From Callorhinchus milii (taxonomy: Eukaryota): a stretch of DNA of 64,000 nucleotides. Location: assembly GCF_018977255.1 (NCBI RefSeq), contig NW_024704743.1, positions 18,478,001 to 18,542,000 of the forward strand. Direction: 5' to 3'. A program made the translations under genes and the position numbers. The notes beneath the pieces were generated by a model. The model was not told the DNA's origin. It did not search any database and saw only the letters and a list, made by a program, of their open reading frames with translations. This document shows, piece after piece, positions 1 through 12,289 of this stretch (position 1 is the first letter of the stretch; every line of letters starts with the position of its first letter).

Positions 1-2729
1 TCAAGAGCAATGAGTGTGGAATCGTAGGAAAACTGGTCAGCCAATATGCACACAGCAAGTTCCCACAAATGGCCATGAAGTAAATTATTAATTTATCCGG
101 AGGACTTTTAGTCAGGACACTGGGTGGACTTTTGGTCATGATACTCTCCTCCTTTTGAATACAGTATTGTCACAGAATCACTAATGTTCAAGGCAGACAG
201 GGACTTGGTTTCATATAACATCTGAGAACAATACCTGTGACAATGCAACACTCACCAGTAATGTAGTGGAGCATAAATTTAGTTTATGAGCTCAAGTCCC
301 AACATGAAGTTCAAATCTATAACTTTTTTTTCAAACCAGACGATATCTCTCTTGCGCACAGTGATACAATTCATGTCTTTATGCCCACATGATTTTTTAC
401 ATCAATAATTTCTAAGTGGAGATGGCTAGGGTGCAGTTCAGATCTACTAGAATAATTACAACATCAAGATGACAACGTGCATTTATATATCGCCCTTTAC
501 ATAGGGTAATGATTTGGAAAGAGGACGGGGAGGCCATGGGCACAGTTGAAGAGGTAGGATTTGAGGTGGGACGTAAAGACAGAAAGAGAGGGGGTGAGAC
601 GGAATGGTGCAGCAAGGTACTTTCAGCATGTTCAAGTTGGCTGATCAGAGGGTGTCAGTGAAGGAGAAAGTTAGGAGAAAAACTGAGAGATAAGGAGGTG
701 TTCGGTGGAAGGAAAGGCTAGAAGGAAGATGAATAAAAGTTCACTACCAGATATTGGCAATAAGAGGTTGTTTCTCCCTCTTGGAGTGTTATTATTTGGT
801 CCAACATTGCTAATGAGGGTGAATGGGCAGAGTTTGCCCAGGAAGCGGGACAATGGTCCTGATTGATGTAACATTTGGTGCCTAACAGTTTGGTTACCGC
901 AAGATAACCAAGGATTTTCCGTCTTCAGGCGTCAAAATAAGATAACTACGTTTTGTAGTTATCCCACTACACCCTCGGTATATCATAATAATAATAAATA
1001 ATAATAATCCCTGCATTTGATATCATGACTTATCATTTTGTTGAGATGTCTCAAAGTGCTTCACGTGGTATACCGTAAAGTGGATTGACTGGGTATTTTG
1101 TGGGCGAAACATGAAAAAAAACAAATTCCTGCACGGTGAAGGCACATAACATAGGGATGTACCCTGTGTGCGGAAAGGTGATTGAATGAACCAGTTCAGG
1201 AATATGATTGAATAATCGAGTTGCGAACTCTAATGGGTAAACTAACTTCTGGCTCCACCCTTTTGACACAGTTGGCCAAAGACAATGCCACACTTCTCCC
1301 AGAGAAGGTAAAATGATCAATTGCCAATCTCTGAGTTAGTCGCTACTATATGAAGCTATCTTATTATAGATTTGTTATAACTGTACTTGACTGTTCTTGT
1401 TACCATTGTATTGTGAATTAAGTAAATGATTGATTGATTGAACCATTACTAGTGTGGTCAATGTCTTGCAAGTATCCTACACAGGGTGTAGATGGATTTG
1501 TGGGTGACGATGAAAACTTGTGGTGGAGATCTGTTCTGACCAGTCCTTGGGAAGGCCTTCCAAAGTGATCATGTCTGATAAGCTTGTAACTGACCAGAGT
1601 GAGCATTGTGTGCATGTTTGGGGAGGGGGCAGGTTGTTTGAAAGTAGAACATTTCCTCTGATGAGGTCAGGTTAAGGCAATTGCAGATGTTAGTGGCCAA
1701 AAGTGACAAGTGTGAAGAGAGTCCTTGATTAATTCTAAATGGACCACATGTATTGGTGGTATGTCCTTACTTTGATGCAAGCCTGTCTCACGATCTGATG
1801 GTTAGGTGTTATTTGGTATATGCTAATGAGGGCAAAAACCTTTCAGCAGTATAATTTTATGAAAGTTGGAGCCAAGAAGTCTGGATGAAAGAAGGTATTG
1901 GAAGATTTTATGACTTCAGGTGTTAAAGCAATTCTGCAAGGATTGCAAGGGGTCAGGTTTGAGTTATATTGTTGATGAATGGTTTTTACGTCAATCAGTT
2001 ATTTAGATCCTTCTTGAAGTGCAGACGGACATTGTTGTTTCATTGGTATAATGCATCCTGATTAGTTGAATAAGAAAACGTTGAATAAGTTGACTGATTC
2101 AAAATAACTACCAAATGTAGAGGTCTCTAGGTTTCATACAGTGAACATAGCACAACTAGCATTGTTTCTATTTCTCTCATTACTAGTAGTATTTATATTC
2201 CTATCTTCAGGCTCCAGATACCTCCTACAGTTCTACAGTCTTGCAAATGACATTTCTGGCCTGAGAACTGATCAACAGAGTTATGAATGAACAATTGTTT
2301 CTTCAAAATATTTGTTTCTAGTTTCCACAGTTGCAGCCATGACTCTCATCCTACCCATTTTACAACCAAAAGCTCTTTCTTATTGAAATGCCACCATTTG
2401 ACACCATGACCTCACTCCACCCTACCCTACCTCTGCCTGGCCACTCGTTTCACCCAGCAAACACCAGCCTGCGTCATGTACCCTATGTGATCAGCGCCCA
2501 CCATTGGTGGCGAGCTTTCAATCATTTGTCCCCCACATTCTGGAATTTCATATGACAGTCTCTCCTCCTCCCTCCCCAACTTAAAAAGTTTAAAAATGGT
2601 TTGGTTTAGATAGGATTAAACATACTGATGAATTTCTGTATGTGTCAGACAGTCCAGATGACCAACAAAAAAAATTGAAAGGTCTGTTATATAATTCTTC
2701 ACAAATCATCAAATATCTTGTATGTTAAC

Positions 2730-3030
2730 GGAACGAGGAATGAGTTATGAGTATTGATTAGACAAACTAGGCCTCTTCAGTCTTGAGAGATGAGATCTCA
2801 GAGGGAACCTGATAGAGGTGTTTAACATTTTAAATTGGATTGAAAAAGATCATTACTTGAAGATGCACCAAGACATTAGAATGAGGGGACATAAGTTTAG
2901 TGTTGTTATAATTTCAGGTCAGATATCAGGAAGTTTTTCTTACTCCAAGGGTAATTACGATTGGAACAGATTGTCAGGAAGGGTGCTTGAAGCCAGCCAC
3001 ATCAGCATTTTTAAATCACAGTCCAGGTTG
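2730..3030 (+). mobile_element. Old CR1 3' fragment
   Basis: RLDKLGLFSLE..LRGNLIEVFNIL, RGHKF. Confidence 0.65.
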
Positions 3031-3034
3031 ATTC

Positions 3035-3745
3035 TCTAGTGTACTGCATTGATGGAAGCAGCGTTCTTCAGATGCGATGTTAAACTGAGGTCCATCTGCC
3101 TGTTCAGGTAGACAATATATATCCTGTAGCAATACTTGAAAAGAGAAAGGAGTTTCTCCTGGTGTCTTGGCTAATAATCCTCAAGATGAAATTGTCCATT
3201 TCTTCATGGCTGTTTGGGGAGATTGCTTTGCACAAATTGTCTGCTCTGTTTATCTACATATACAATTGTTAATATAAATTATGAATGCTATTTCTAGGGC
3301 TCTTCGACTCCTCACTGCACTTTATAGTTCAGGTACTATTCAGATAGGAGGCTTAAAAAATTGCACTAAATAATTCAGATCATTAATTTTGTATATCATC
3401 AATAATACTTACATTTGTTATAGTACTTTTTTTCCGAAAGCACTTCACAAGATATTCTGTAAAGTGCAGTGTCTGTTTTTTGTGGCAAATTGAATTTGTT
3501 AAATAAGGATGTTATAAATTGTTTGCAACGTTAAGTGGAAGCCTATCATTATTTGAACCACTGTGACTGTTCCACTGCTGTACCACTAGGTTGCACCCTT
3601 ATATGTAAAGTTTGTACAATACTGCGTAGTTGTGCTTTGATGCCATTCATAGAGCACAGTTGGTATTGCACATTGTCTTCATTATCACTCGTGATCAATG
3701 GATTGACATTCCCACCATCCAACAGCAGATATGTTATTCCATACC
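3035..3745 (+). repeat. Segmental-duplication block paralogous to 46555-47700 plus 52116-52235
   Basis: Colinear unique sequence; it is the empty site of the young L2. Confidence 0.85.
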
Positions 3746-4271
3746 TAAGCATTTCCCTAAAGACCTAACTATTAATTCATACTTTAGCTGTTACAATGAT
3801 ATACAATATAGTTGATAAAGCATCTTGGTAATATAATTAAAAGAAGAACAATACTAATCCTTGAGATTTACATGGCATTGTATCACATTGCAAATAATTT
3901 ATAGTTAAGACACATTGCTTTAATGCTGAGTTTTTTAAATACTTTTAGTTATGGCCATTCATGCTGTGCTTGCTCTTCTGACCGGCATCCTGGTATGTCT
4001 TTCCAACATGAAGGACACTATACAAGTGTAATTTGTGTTGTTATTGATGTTGATCTATCCCATGGCCACTGTTTTATAGTTAAGACTTCATGGTAATACA
4101 ATTAAAACAACTTGTATTTGGCACCTTATCACATCATGAAAACATCTCAAAGCTCTTCACAGGATTTGTGGAGTCTGTGGAGTCCTGTAGTTCAGCAGTT
4201 AGAGAACTCACCTTGCAAGTGAGAAACCTGGGTTGATTCCCAGCAAGACAAAATGTTGAACAAACTTCCTT

Positions 4272-4582
4272 AATAATCCTTGTATTTGATATAACGCTTT
4301 TCACGTCGGGAGGACGTCCCAAAGTGCTTCACAGAACACACTGTAAAGTGAATTGACTGTATATTTGTGGGCGAACATGGCAGCCAATTGCGCACAGCAA
4401 TGTCCCACAAACAGTCGTAGATTGAAAATGACCAATTTATTATTGTTTTTGGTTTTGGAGGGATTATTATTAGGCGTGTGAAGTAAGGAAACTTGCCCAA
4501 GGTTTCGCCCTCTGCCTGGAATTGAACTCAGGTCTCTCGCTTGCAAAGCGAGTGCTCTAACCACTGAGCTACAGGACTCCAC
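4272..4582 (-). mobile_element. Young tRNA-derived SINE (short subfamily) nested in an older opposite-strand copy (about 4177-4846)
   Basis: A box TAGCTCAGTGG, B-box-like GAGTTCAATTCC, CCTTGGGCAAGT core, L2-type tail, (ATT)n. Confidence 0.9.
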
Positions 4583-4889
4583 TTACTCTAAACTCCTCTG
4601 TTTACCTAGCAATAAATAGGAACCTGGTTGATTGGTGGATTGCTGTTCCAGGGGTAAAAATTCCTTTTTAAAAAAGAAATTGGTCACTTCAGTACTGTTT
4701 GTGGTATGCTGCTGTGCGTAATTGGCTGCTGCGTTTCGCCCACAAAATGTACAGTCAATTCACTTTACAGGATATTCTGTGAAGCACTTTGAGACATCTC
4801 GAAGACATAATAACACGCTATATCAAATGCAAGGATTATTATTATTACATACTCTAAACAAGCCCCACATCAGGACTTTGAAATCAGTC

Positions 4890-5150
4890 CAGAATGACAC
4901 TCCAATGCAATGTTGGGAACACTGTATTGTTGGAGGTCAGTCCTTCAGATGACACGTTAAGTTATGAGATGTAGTCTGCCTGTTCACGTGGATGTTAAAG
5001 ATCCCATGATACTAATTGAAAAGAGAAGGTAGTTTGTCATGGTGTCCTGGCCAGCAATCATTCAGATAATATTTGTCATTCATTTCATGGCTGGTTGTGG
5101 AACTTTGCAGTTTCCAAATTGGTTGCTGCTTTAGCCTACAAATACACTGG
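4890..5150 (+). mobile_element. Ancient Deu-domain SINE (SacSINE1/AmnSINE1-like); further copies at about 30-310 (minus), 3040-3260, 33255-33450, 46555-46790
   Basis: GCATTGTTGGAGG..CTTCAGATGA.ACGTTAA..CTGCCTGTTCA.GTGGATGTTAAAGATCCCATG resembles the Deu core as recalled. Confidence 0.65.
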
Positions 5151-5159
5151 GTAAACTGC

Positions 5160-6107
5160 CACATGTCTGCAGGTGACACACAAATCTGCTTTGCCTCCTG
5201 AAGTACCAACTCCAAGTCCGCCGATGTCCTATCAGCTTGTCTGGCAGAAATCAAGGTCTGGATGAGTGTAAGCTTCCTGCAGCTGAATATGGACAAAACG
5301 GAAGCCATACTCCTTGGCTCCCGTCAACATCTTCACTGCTGCGGATCTAAACTCCTCAACCGCCCTGGGCTCTCCCTCAGACTCACTGAACCAGTTTGTA
5401 ACCTAGGTGTCCGGTTCGAACCCCAATTGTCCTTCCTTCCCCACATCCGGCCACTGACCAGGACCACCTTCTTCCACCTCCGCCACATTACATGCCTCCG
5501 ACCATACCTTACCCCAATGCAGCCAAAACCCTCATGCATGAGTTTGTCACCTCCCGCTTGGATTACTGCAAAACACTTCTCGCCGGTCTCCCCAGCTCCA
5601 CTATTCACAAGATCCAGCTCATTGAAAACTCTGCTGCCTGCATACTGATCCAGATCAAACTCCATACCCACATCTCACCAGTTCTGGCCAGGCTCTACTG
5701 GCTCCCCATCACCGAATGGATCGACTTCAAGATCTTCACACTTGTGTTCAAATCTATTCACTCCCTGGCACTTCCCTACCTCTCCGACCTCTTCACTCCC
5801 CAATCCACCACCCGGCACCTCCGCTCGACTGGCACCGGCCTCTTGCTTGTCTCTCGGATGCTCCGCCCCACCATCAGAGGTCGTGGTTACAGCCACTATG
5901 CGCCAAAACACTGGAACACTCTCCCTCCGCATTGTCCCTCTCTCACCTCTTTCAATTCCTGTCTGAAAACTTTCCTGTTCAACCGTGCTTTCGGCCACTG
6001 CCCCCCTCCCCACTGCTCGGAGTCAGGCTCCACCACTGTTAAGCGCTATGAGATGCTACCCTGTGTGGAGGACACTATATAAGTGCAAGTTGCTGTTGTT
6101 GTTGTTG
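5160..6107 (+). mobile_element. Truncated L2
   Basis: [29 protein letters not shown]; (GTT)n tail. Confidence 0.9.
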
Positions 6108-6220
6108 CTATTTTCTTTTTAGGGTCTGTATCGTCAGTCAGATTTGCTCCTCGTGCCGTGCTGACTTATAACAGTGCTGACTTATAAAAGTTTGCATTGC
6201 AGCAATTTTCTAGCTGTGCT
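6108..6220 (-). pseudogene. ST8SIA copy A relic of exon 4 (AQLENCCNA..., disrupted and truncated by L2)
   Basis: Homologous to 31732-31876; internal duplication of TTATAAGTCAGCAC gives an in-frame TAA; 3' part replaced by an L2 tail. Confidence 0.88.
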
Positions 6221-6269
6221 CTGGAAGATAAAACATTTCACATGTTTAGATCAGAACTTATTCTATAGC

Positions 6270-6915
6270 TCCACCTTTCCACACTTCCACAACATTGCCC
6301 AGCTCCGTCTCTCACCCCAGCCATCCACGCATTGTCACATTCAGCCTCGACTACGTAAATTCCCTGCTTGTCGGCCTCCCCAACTCTTCCCTCCACAGCC
6401 TGCAGATCATCCAGAACTCTGCAACCCATGTCCTCTCCTGCACCAGGCTCCGCAATCTATTCCCCCCATCCTCGCCCAACTCCATTGACTCCCCATCACT
6501 TAGAGGATCCAGTTGAAGATCCTAGTCCTCACCTTCAAATTCCTCCAGGCCTTGCTCCTCCCTACCACTGCGACATCCTAACCCCCTAACAACCTGTTTT
6601 CTCCTTCTGCTAAGAGGGCTCCGGCTTGCTTTATGACCCTGTCTTGCCCGCCCCACCATTTGTGGGCAGGCTTTCAGCCTCTCTGCCCTCACCCTGTGGA
6701 ACTCCATCCCACATTCCCTCTGCCTCACCCCCTCCCTTTCCTCCTTCAAGACCCGTCTCAGGGCCCTCTTCTTTGATTGTTCCTTCGGTCACTCTCCTAC
6801 ATCTATCCTCCCCGGCCTCCACCCCTCCTGATCCCAACCATCAGCTCAGGTGCGGATCCCTGACGGTCCAGCGCCTTGGGACGTCCTCCTGATGTGAAAT
6901 ATTGTTGTTGTTGTT
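6270..6915 (+). mobile_element. Truncated L2
   Basis: LDYVNSLLVGLP, 3' stem-loop, TTG tail; absent from the paralogous intron near 31920. Confidence 0.88.
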
Positions 6916-7279
6916 CTGATAGAACTTTCCTCTTTATAGCTATTCAATTTCCATTAAATATACGGCAACTGTTTCAGATACAGGTACACATATTCTTCTG
7001 TGCTGTAAATTTCAATGGTTCTATATGGGGTAGAAATTCCACTGGGTCTAGAATTTATGTAACGTTTCAGAGTATCCAGAAATTTAGCAAATTGTTGAAT
7101 GCAGCCTTAATTCAGAAGCTGATAGACAGCGAATAATATCACCCAACAGGTCACTATTCTTTCCTCACAGCATCAATTTAGAAGTAATTTTTTTTTATGG
7201 TCAGCTTGGTGTCTGACACATGCAGAAACCCATCACCATCCTTAAGAATATCCAAACCAAGCTGGGATTTCCATGCATC

Positions 7280-9163
7280 ACACCAGGTTAATCCTGGAGG
7301 CGAAGGGCAACCCTAGTCTTCTGTTCTCTATCACCAACAGGCTTCTCCGCCCTCCCCGCCACATCTCGCAGATTCTTTCCTCTGACTCCCACTGCGAGGA
7401 AATGCTGGACTTCCTCGAATCCAACATCGAAGGAATGCACTCAGCTGCCACTGCCTTCGCAACTTACACCCCCTCCCTAGTCTCCACCCCCACACTCCGA
7501 CCGCTACTCATCCCTCCTTCCACACCTTTGAACCTGTCACCCCCTCCTCTATCATCACCACCACATCCTCCATGAAGCCCACCACCTGCTCCCTGGACCC
7601 CATCCCCATCCCTCTCCTTAAATCCCAGCTCCACCTCCTTGCCCCACTACTCGCCGACATCATCAACCTCTACCTGTTCCTACACCCTCAAAACAGCCAC
7701 TATCACCCCCACCTTGAAGAAACCTTCCCTTGACCCATCACAGCTATCCAGCTACCAGCCCATCTCCAACCTCCCTTTTTCTGTCCAAGATCCTCGAGAG
7801 AGCCGTTGCCTCCCAGCTTTGTTCTTTCCTCTCCTCCCACTCCCTCCATGAGCTTCTCCAATCGGGTTTCCGTGCTGCCCACAGCATGCAAACTGCTCTG
7901 ATCAAGGTCACAAATGATATCCTGACCATGTGTGAGCAGGGATCCCTCTGCCTCCTCGTCCTTCTTGACCTCTTCACTGCCTTTAACACTGTGGACCATT
8001 CAATCCTCTTCCACCACCTCTCCTCCCACCTCAACCTCCAAGGTTCTGTCCTTGTTCAGGTCCTCCCCGTCACACTGTCTCCACTTCGTCTCAGCAAACG
8101 GCTTCTCCTCCAGCCCCCAAACCATCCCGTTCAGCGTTCCTCAGGGCTCTGTCCTCAGTCCCCCTCTTCACCCTCTTCATGCTCCCACTTGGTGACATCA
8201 TCTGCAGAAATAGGGTAAATTTCCATGTTTGCAAATGACACCCAACTTTATCTCTCTGCCTCCACCCTGAACTCCAGGGCTACTGGCGTCCTGGCTGACT
8301 GACTGTCCGACATCAAGTCCTGGACGAGGGACAACTTTCTCCAGCTGAACGTCAGCAAGACTGAGGTCCTCAGTCTTGCTGTCCTCTTGATTGATTCGCG
8401 CCAGCGCCTCTGCACCTCAAGCACTGGCAGCATCAGCATCCACGGCTGCACACTCAACCTCACTAAGTCAGTCAGGAACCTGGGTGTCTTGTTTGACCCT
8501 GAACTGTCCTTTCTCCCCCACATCCGCGCCATGACCGGCACTGCCTACTACCACCTCCGCAACATTGCCTCACCCCTCAGGCTGCCGAAACCCTTATCCA
8601 CGCATTCGTCACATCAAGGTTCAATTACAGAAATTGTCTCCTCATCGGCCTTCCCAACTCTTCCCTTCACAAGCTGCAGATCATCCAAAACTCTTCAGCT
8701 TTCTCACTCTCAGTACTCTCGCGCACCAGTTCCGAGACCCCATCACTCCCACCTTCGCCTGACTCCACTGGCTCCCCATCCCTCAGAGGATCGAATTCAA
8801 GATCCTCGTCCTCACTTTCAAGACCATTCATAGCTTTGCCCCCTCCTACCTCTCCAGTCTGCTCCACGTCTCCGGCCCGACCTACCCTACCATCGGTGGC
8901 CAGCTTTCATCCTCTCTGCCCCCATACTCTGGAAATCCATCCCAAAGTCCTTTCGCCTTGCTTCCTCCCTTGCCTCCTTCAAGGCCGGTCTCAAGTCCCT
9001 CCTCTTCGATCATGCCTTCGGTCGCCCTCCCACCTCTCTGCCTTCCCTCCCCCCTACACCACCCCTCCCCCATGCTCGTGTCCTGACCCCTGACTCCCCA
9101 GGGCCTTCGGACATCCTCCCGATGTGAAAGGCACTCTATAAATGTAATTTTGTTGCTGTTTTT
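7280..9163 (+). mobile_element. Truncated, decayed L2 (RT region)
   Basis: Colinear with 50090-52100; [13 protein letters not shown]. Confidence 0.92.
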
Positions 9164-10614
9164 GTCTCCCTGGAGGGAAGCAACCTGCTTACCTAATTCC
9201 GGAAAGTATTAGTTATTTTAAGAACTATGATAACAAGGTTTCAAAGTGAAGACTAAATTCAACAATCTGCTATATCCTGGATCTTCAGAAATGTAATATA
9301 AATAAAGTAAAGCTACGTCCAGATGGAATTTCTCCCCAGTAATCCCTTTGTCTATTATTTAATTGTGGATAGTGCAATGAAGGCCATCTGTTACAAAAAT
9401 AATGTTATTTGCTATCAATATTTTCAAGTATGCACAGTGGAGATCAATATTAGGTTTGTCTTCTCATGCTTTTCCCCATCCTGCTCTGTCATCCTGGGAT
9501 TCTAGTGATCACACAGCTGTAACTATCAGGTGACAAAATGATCACTGCACTTATGATTATGTTCATAATTGGTGTGGTGTATGATTAAATCCAGAGAAGT
9601 ATCGCTTAGTTATAGTTACAAAAATCTCTTCCTAGACAGGATCCTTGCATTTGATATAGTACCTCATCAAGTCGTTGAGACGTCTCAAAGTGCTTCAGAG
9701 GATATACTGTGAACTGAATTGACTATATTTTATGGGTGACACCTGGCAGCCTATTGCTCACTGCAAGATCCCACCCACAGGATTATTGTTATTGCATTTT
9801 TTGACTACAGATGCTAACTATTTGCTTTTCATGGTACACATACACAAGGTTTTTGTCAAAAGCATATTTTCCTTTTTCAACACTTGAATTATCTGTTTTC
9901 TCATACTTTTTTTCTGTTTTCTCTTCATTTATACACTGATCACGTCTTGTCTATTATTCTCTTCAGAGGCACCGCTGAATGTAACAAAGAACATTTTGTT
10001 TTGTCTTATTTGGGTTAAAAATACAAATGTCTGGGGCAGGCCCAATGGTGCAGTGGACAAGAACTACAGTTTACAGACCAGGAGCTCGCTGGTTTGAATC
10101 CTGGTCCATGCTGAGTTTGTTTTGGCACCCCAGATTGGACCCAAAACAAGAACCAAAGTTCACAGATAAGAATAGAATAAGATTAGAAAAAGAAACACCT
10201 GGTGTCAGACAGGTGATGCATTACTTAAAAGGGTTAATGTGCCCCAGTTACAGAGACTATTATTTAATTGTGTGAATAAGCCAACCCGGACATGAAACAG
10301 TGTATTACTAAAGTGTTAACGTACTTATGGTTATAGTGTCAATAGGCCAGTCGCTATAGAGTCCTGGACCCATGGACCACTGGAGCCAGTTTAGCTCCAA
10401 GGAGACCCAGCCTATCTTCCCCCCAACCCCACACCACCAAGGAGGAGAGTCACTAGTTGGCTGTTCGACATCTGACAAGTGTGGGTTTGAGCCTTTATTA
10501 GGTGGATGTACATACGAGGAATTCCCTGCGAGATTCGTGTGGGGCAACACATCTCAGCATGAAATGCATGAGAGCATCGCCACCGTCGTCCTGTCCATTG
10601 CTTGGGCACATGGC

Positions 10615-11510
10615 TCTGAGGATGATGCAAAAAGATTGCAATGGGTATATATAGGCTAGGGGAGTGGGCGAGTAGGTGGCAGATGGAATTTAATGTGGAG
10701 AAGTGTGAAGTTATTCACCTAGGTAGCAAAAATAGTAAAACATCTTATTTTCTAGAGGGGGAGAGATTAGATAGTGTTAGTGTGCAGAGGGGTTTGGGTG
10801 TCCTTGTATACCAGGCACAAAAAATTAGTTTGCAGGTGCAGCAAGCAACTAAGATGGTGAACGGCATGTTAGCGTTCATTGCAAAAGGCTTAGAATACAA
10901 GAGTAGGGAAGCCTTGCTGCAACTGTATAGGGCCTTGGTGAGACCACACCTAGAGTATTGTGTGCAGTTTTGGTCTCCTTATTTAAAAAAGGACATACTT
11001 GCCCTAGAGGGGGTGCAGCGTAGATTCACTCGGTTAGTTCCTGGGATGAGGGGATTGACCTCTGAGGATAGGCTGAATAAACTAGGGCTATATTCTCTAG
11101 AGTACAGAAGACTTAGGGAAGATCTTATTGAAACATATAAGATTCTTAAAGGGCTGATAACGTAGACACTGAGGGTCTGTTTCCCCTGGTAGGAGAATCT
11201 ATAACCAGGGGTCACAGTCTTAAAATTAAGGGTCAGCCTTTTAGAACAGAGTTGAGGAAACATTTCTTCACTCAGAGCGTAGTGAATTTATGGAATTCAT
11301 TACCCCAGAAGGCTGTAGATGCTCAGTCCTTGAACATCTTCAAGGCTGAGATTGATAGATTTTTAAAAAATAGAGGGATTAGGGCATATGGGGATAGGGC
11401 AGGTAATTATAGTTAGGTCAGAAGATCAGCCATGATCTTATCGAATGGCGGGGTAGGCTCGAGGGGCCGAATTGGTCTACTCCTGCTCCTAATTCTTATG
11501 TTCTGATGTC
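10615..11510 (+). mobile_element. 5'-truncated CR1 LINE (RT C-terminus and 3' UTR)
   Basis: WQMEFNVEKCEVIHLG, LYRALVRPHLEYCVQFWSPY; TTCTTATG-type tail. Confidence 0.92.
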
Positions 11511-11940
11511 CCTGCCCATGGAACATTACATGCAATTGCACACTATTCAGCTATTTAAATATTAGTAGGGAATCTGCTGAGGTTGTTCTACTGCTTCTGC
11601 TACTCTTTTTTCTGTGGTCTATGTTACTATTCTAAACAGCAGCATTCTGTTGGTAGCAATGCAACATGATATGGCTTATCGTTTTGCCTTCTCTATGACC
11701 CACTCAGAAATCTTGCACATTTACTAAATAGTATTGGTCACACTAAGTGATTTAATGGCCCTACAGATTAATTTAAATTCCATCCTTGTTTCATGCAAAC
11801 AGTTTTATACAGCAGACATCATTGAGTCCCATTGTTTTGTTTTTAATTTGTGTCTTAACTTATTTATTTTAAGCAAGTAATCAAAAAGTTGAATGGAATG
11901 CATGAAAAATATCTGAAGGATACAGTCTATAGTCCAGTCA

Positions 11941-12260
11941 TAATAATAATAATCCTTGCATTTGATATAGCGCTTTTCAGTTGGGAGGATGTTCCAAAGC
12001 ACTTCACAGAACACACTGTAAAGTGAATTGACTGTATATTTGTGGGCGAACGCGGCAGCCAATTGCGCACAGCAATGTCCCACAAACAGTCGTAGATTGA
12101 AAATGACCAATTTATTATTGTTTTTGGTTTTGGAGGGATTATTATTAGGCTCTGTGTGGAGTAAGGAAACTTGCCCAAGGTTTCGCCCTCTGCCTGGAAT
12201 TGAACTCAGGTCTCTCACTTGCAAAGCGAGTGCTCTAACCACTGAGCTACAGGACTCCAC
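11941..12260 (-). mobile_element. Young tRNA-derived SINE
   Basis: Nearly identical to 4272-4582. Confidence 0.9.
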
Positions 12261-12289
12261 AAAGTCATGATATTAACTGAACATATTCA

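Noticed and set aside
800..2150. Possible decayed Penelope-like or other retroelement on the minus strand
   Set aside because: Only faint motif hints; no diagnostic RT or GIY-YIG motif readable
3549..3752. ORF with similar translation at 47600 and 52150
   Set aside because: Explained by segmental duplication; no recognisable domain or splice structure; disrupted by L2 in the other copy
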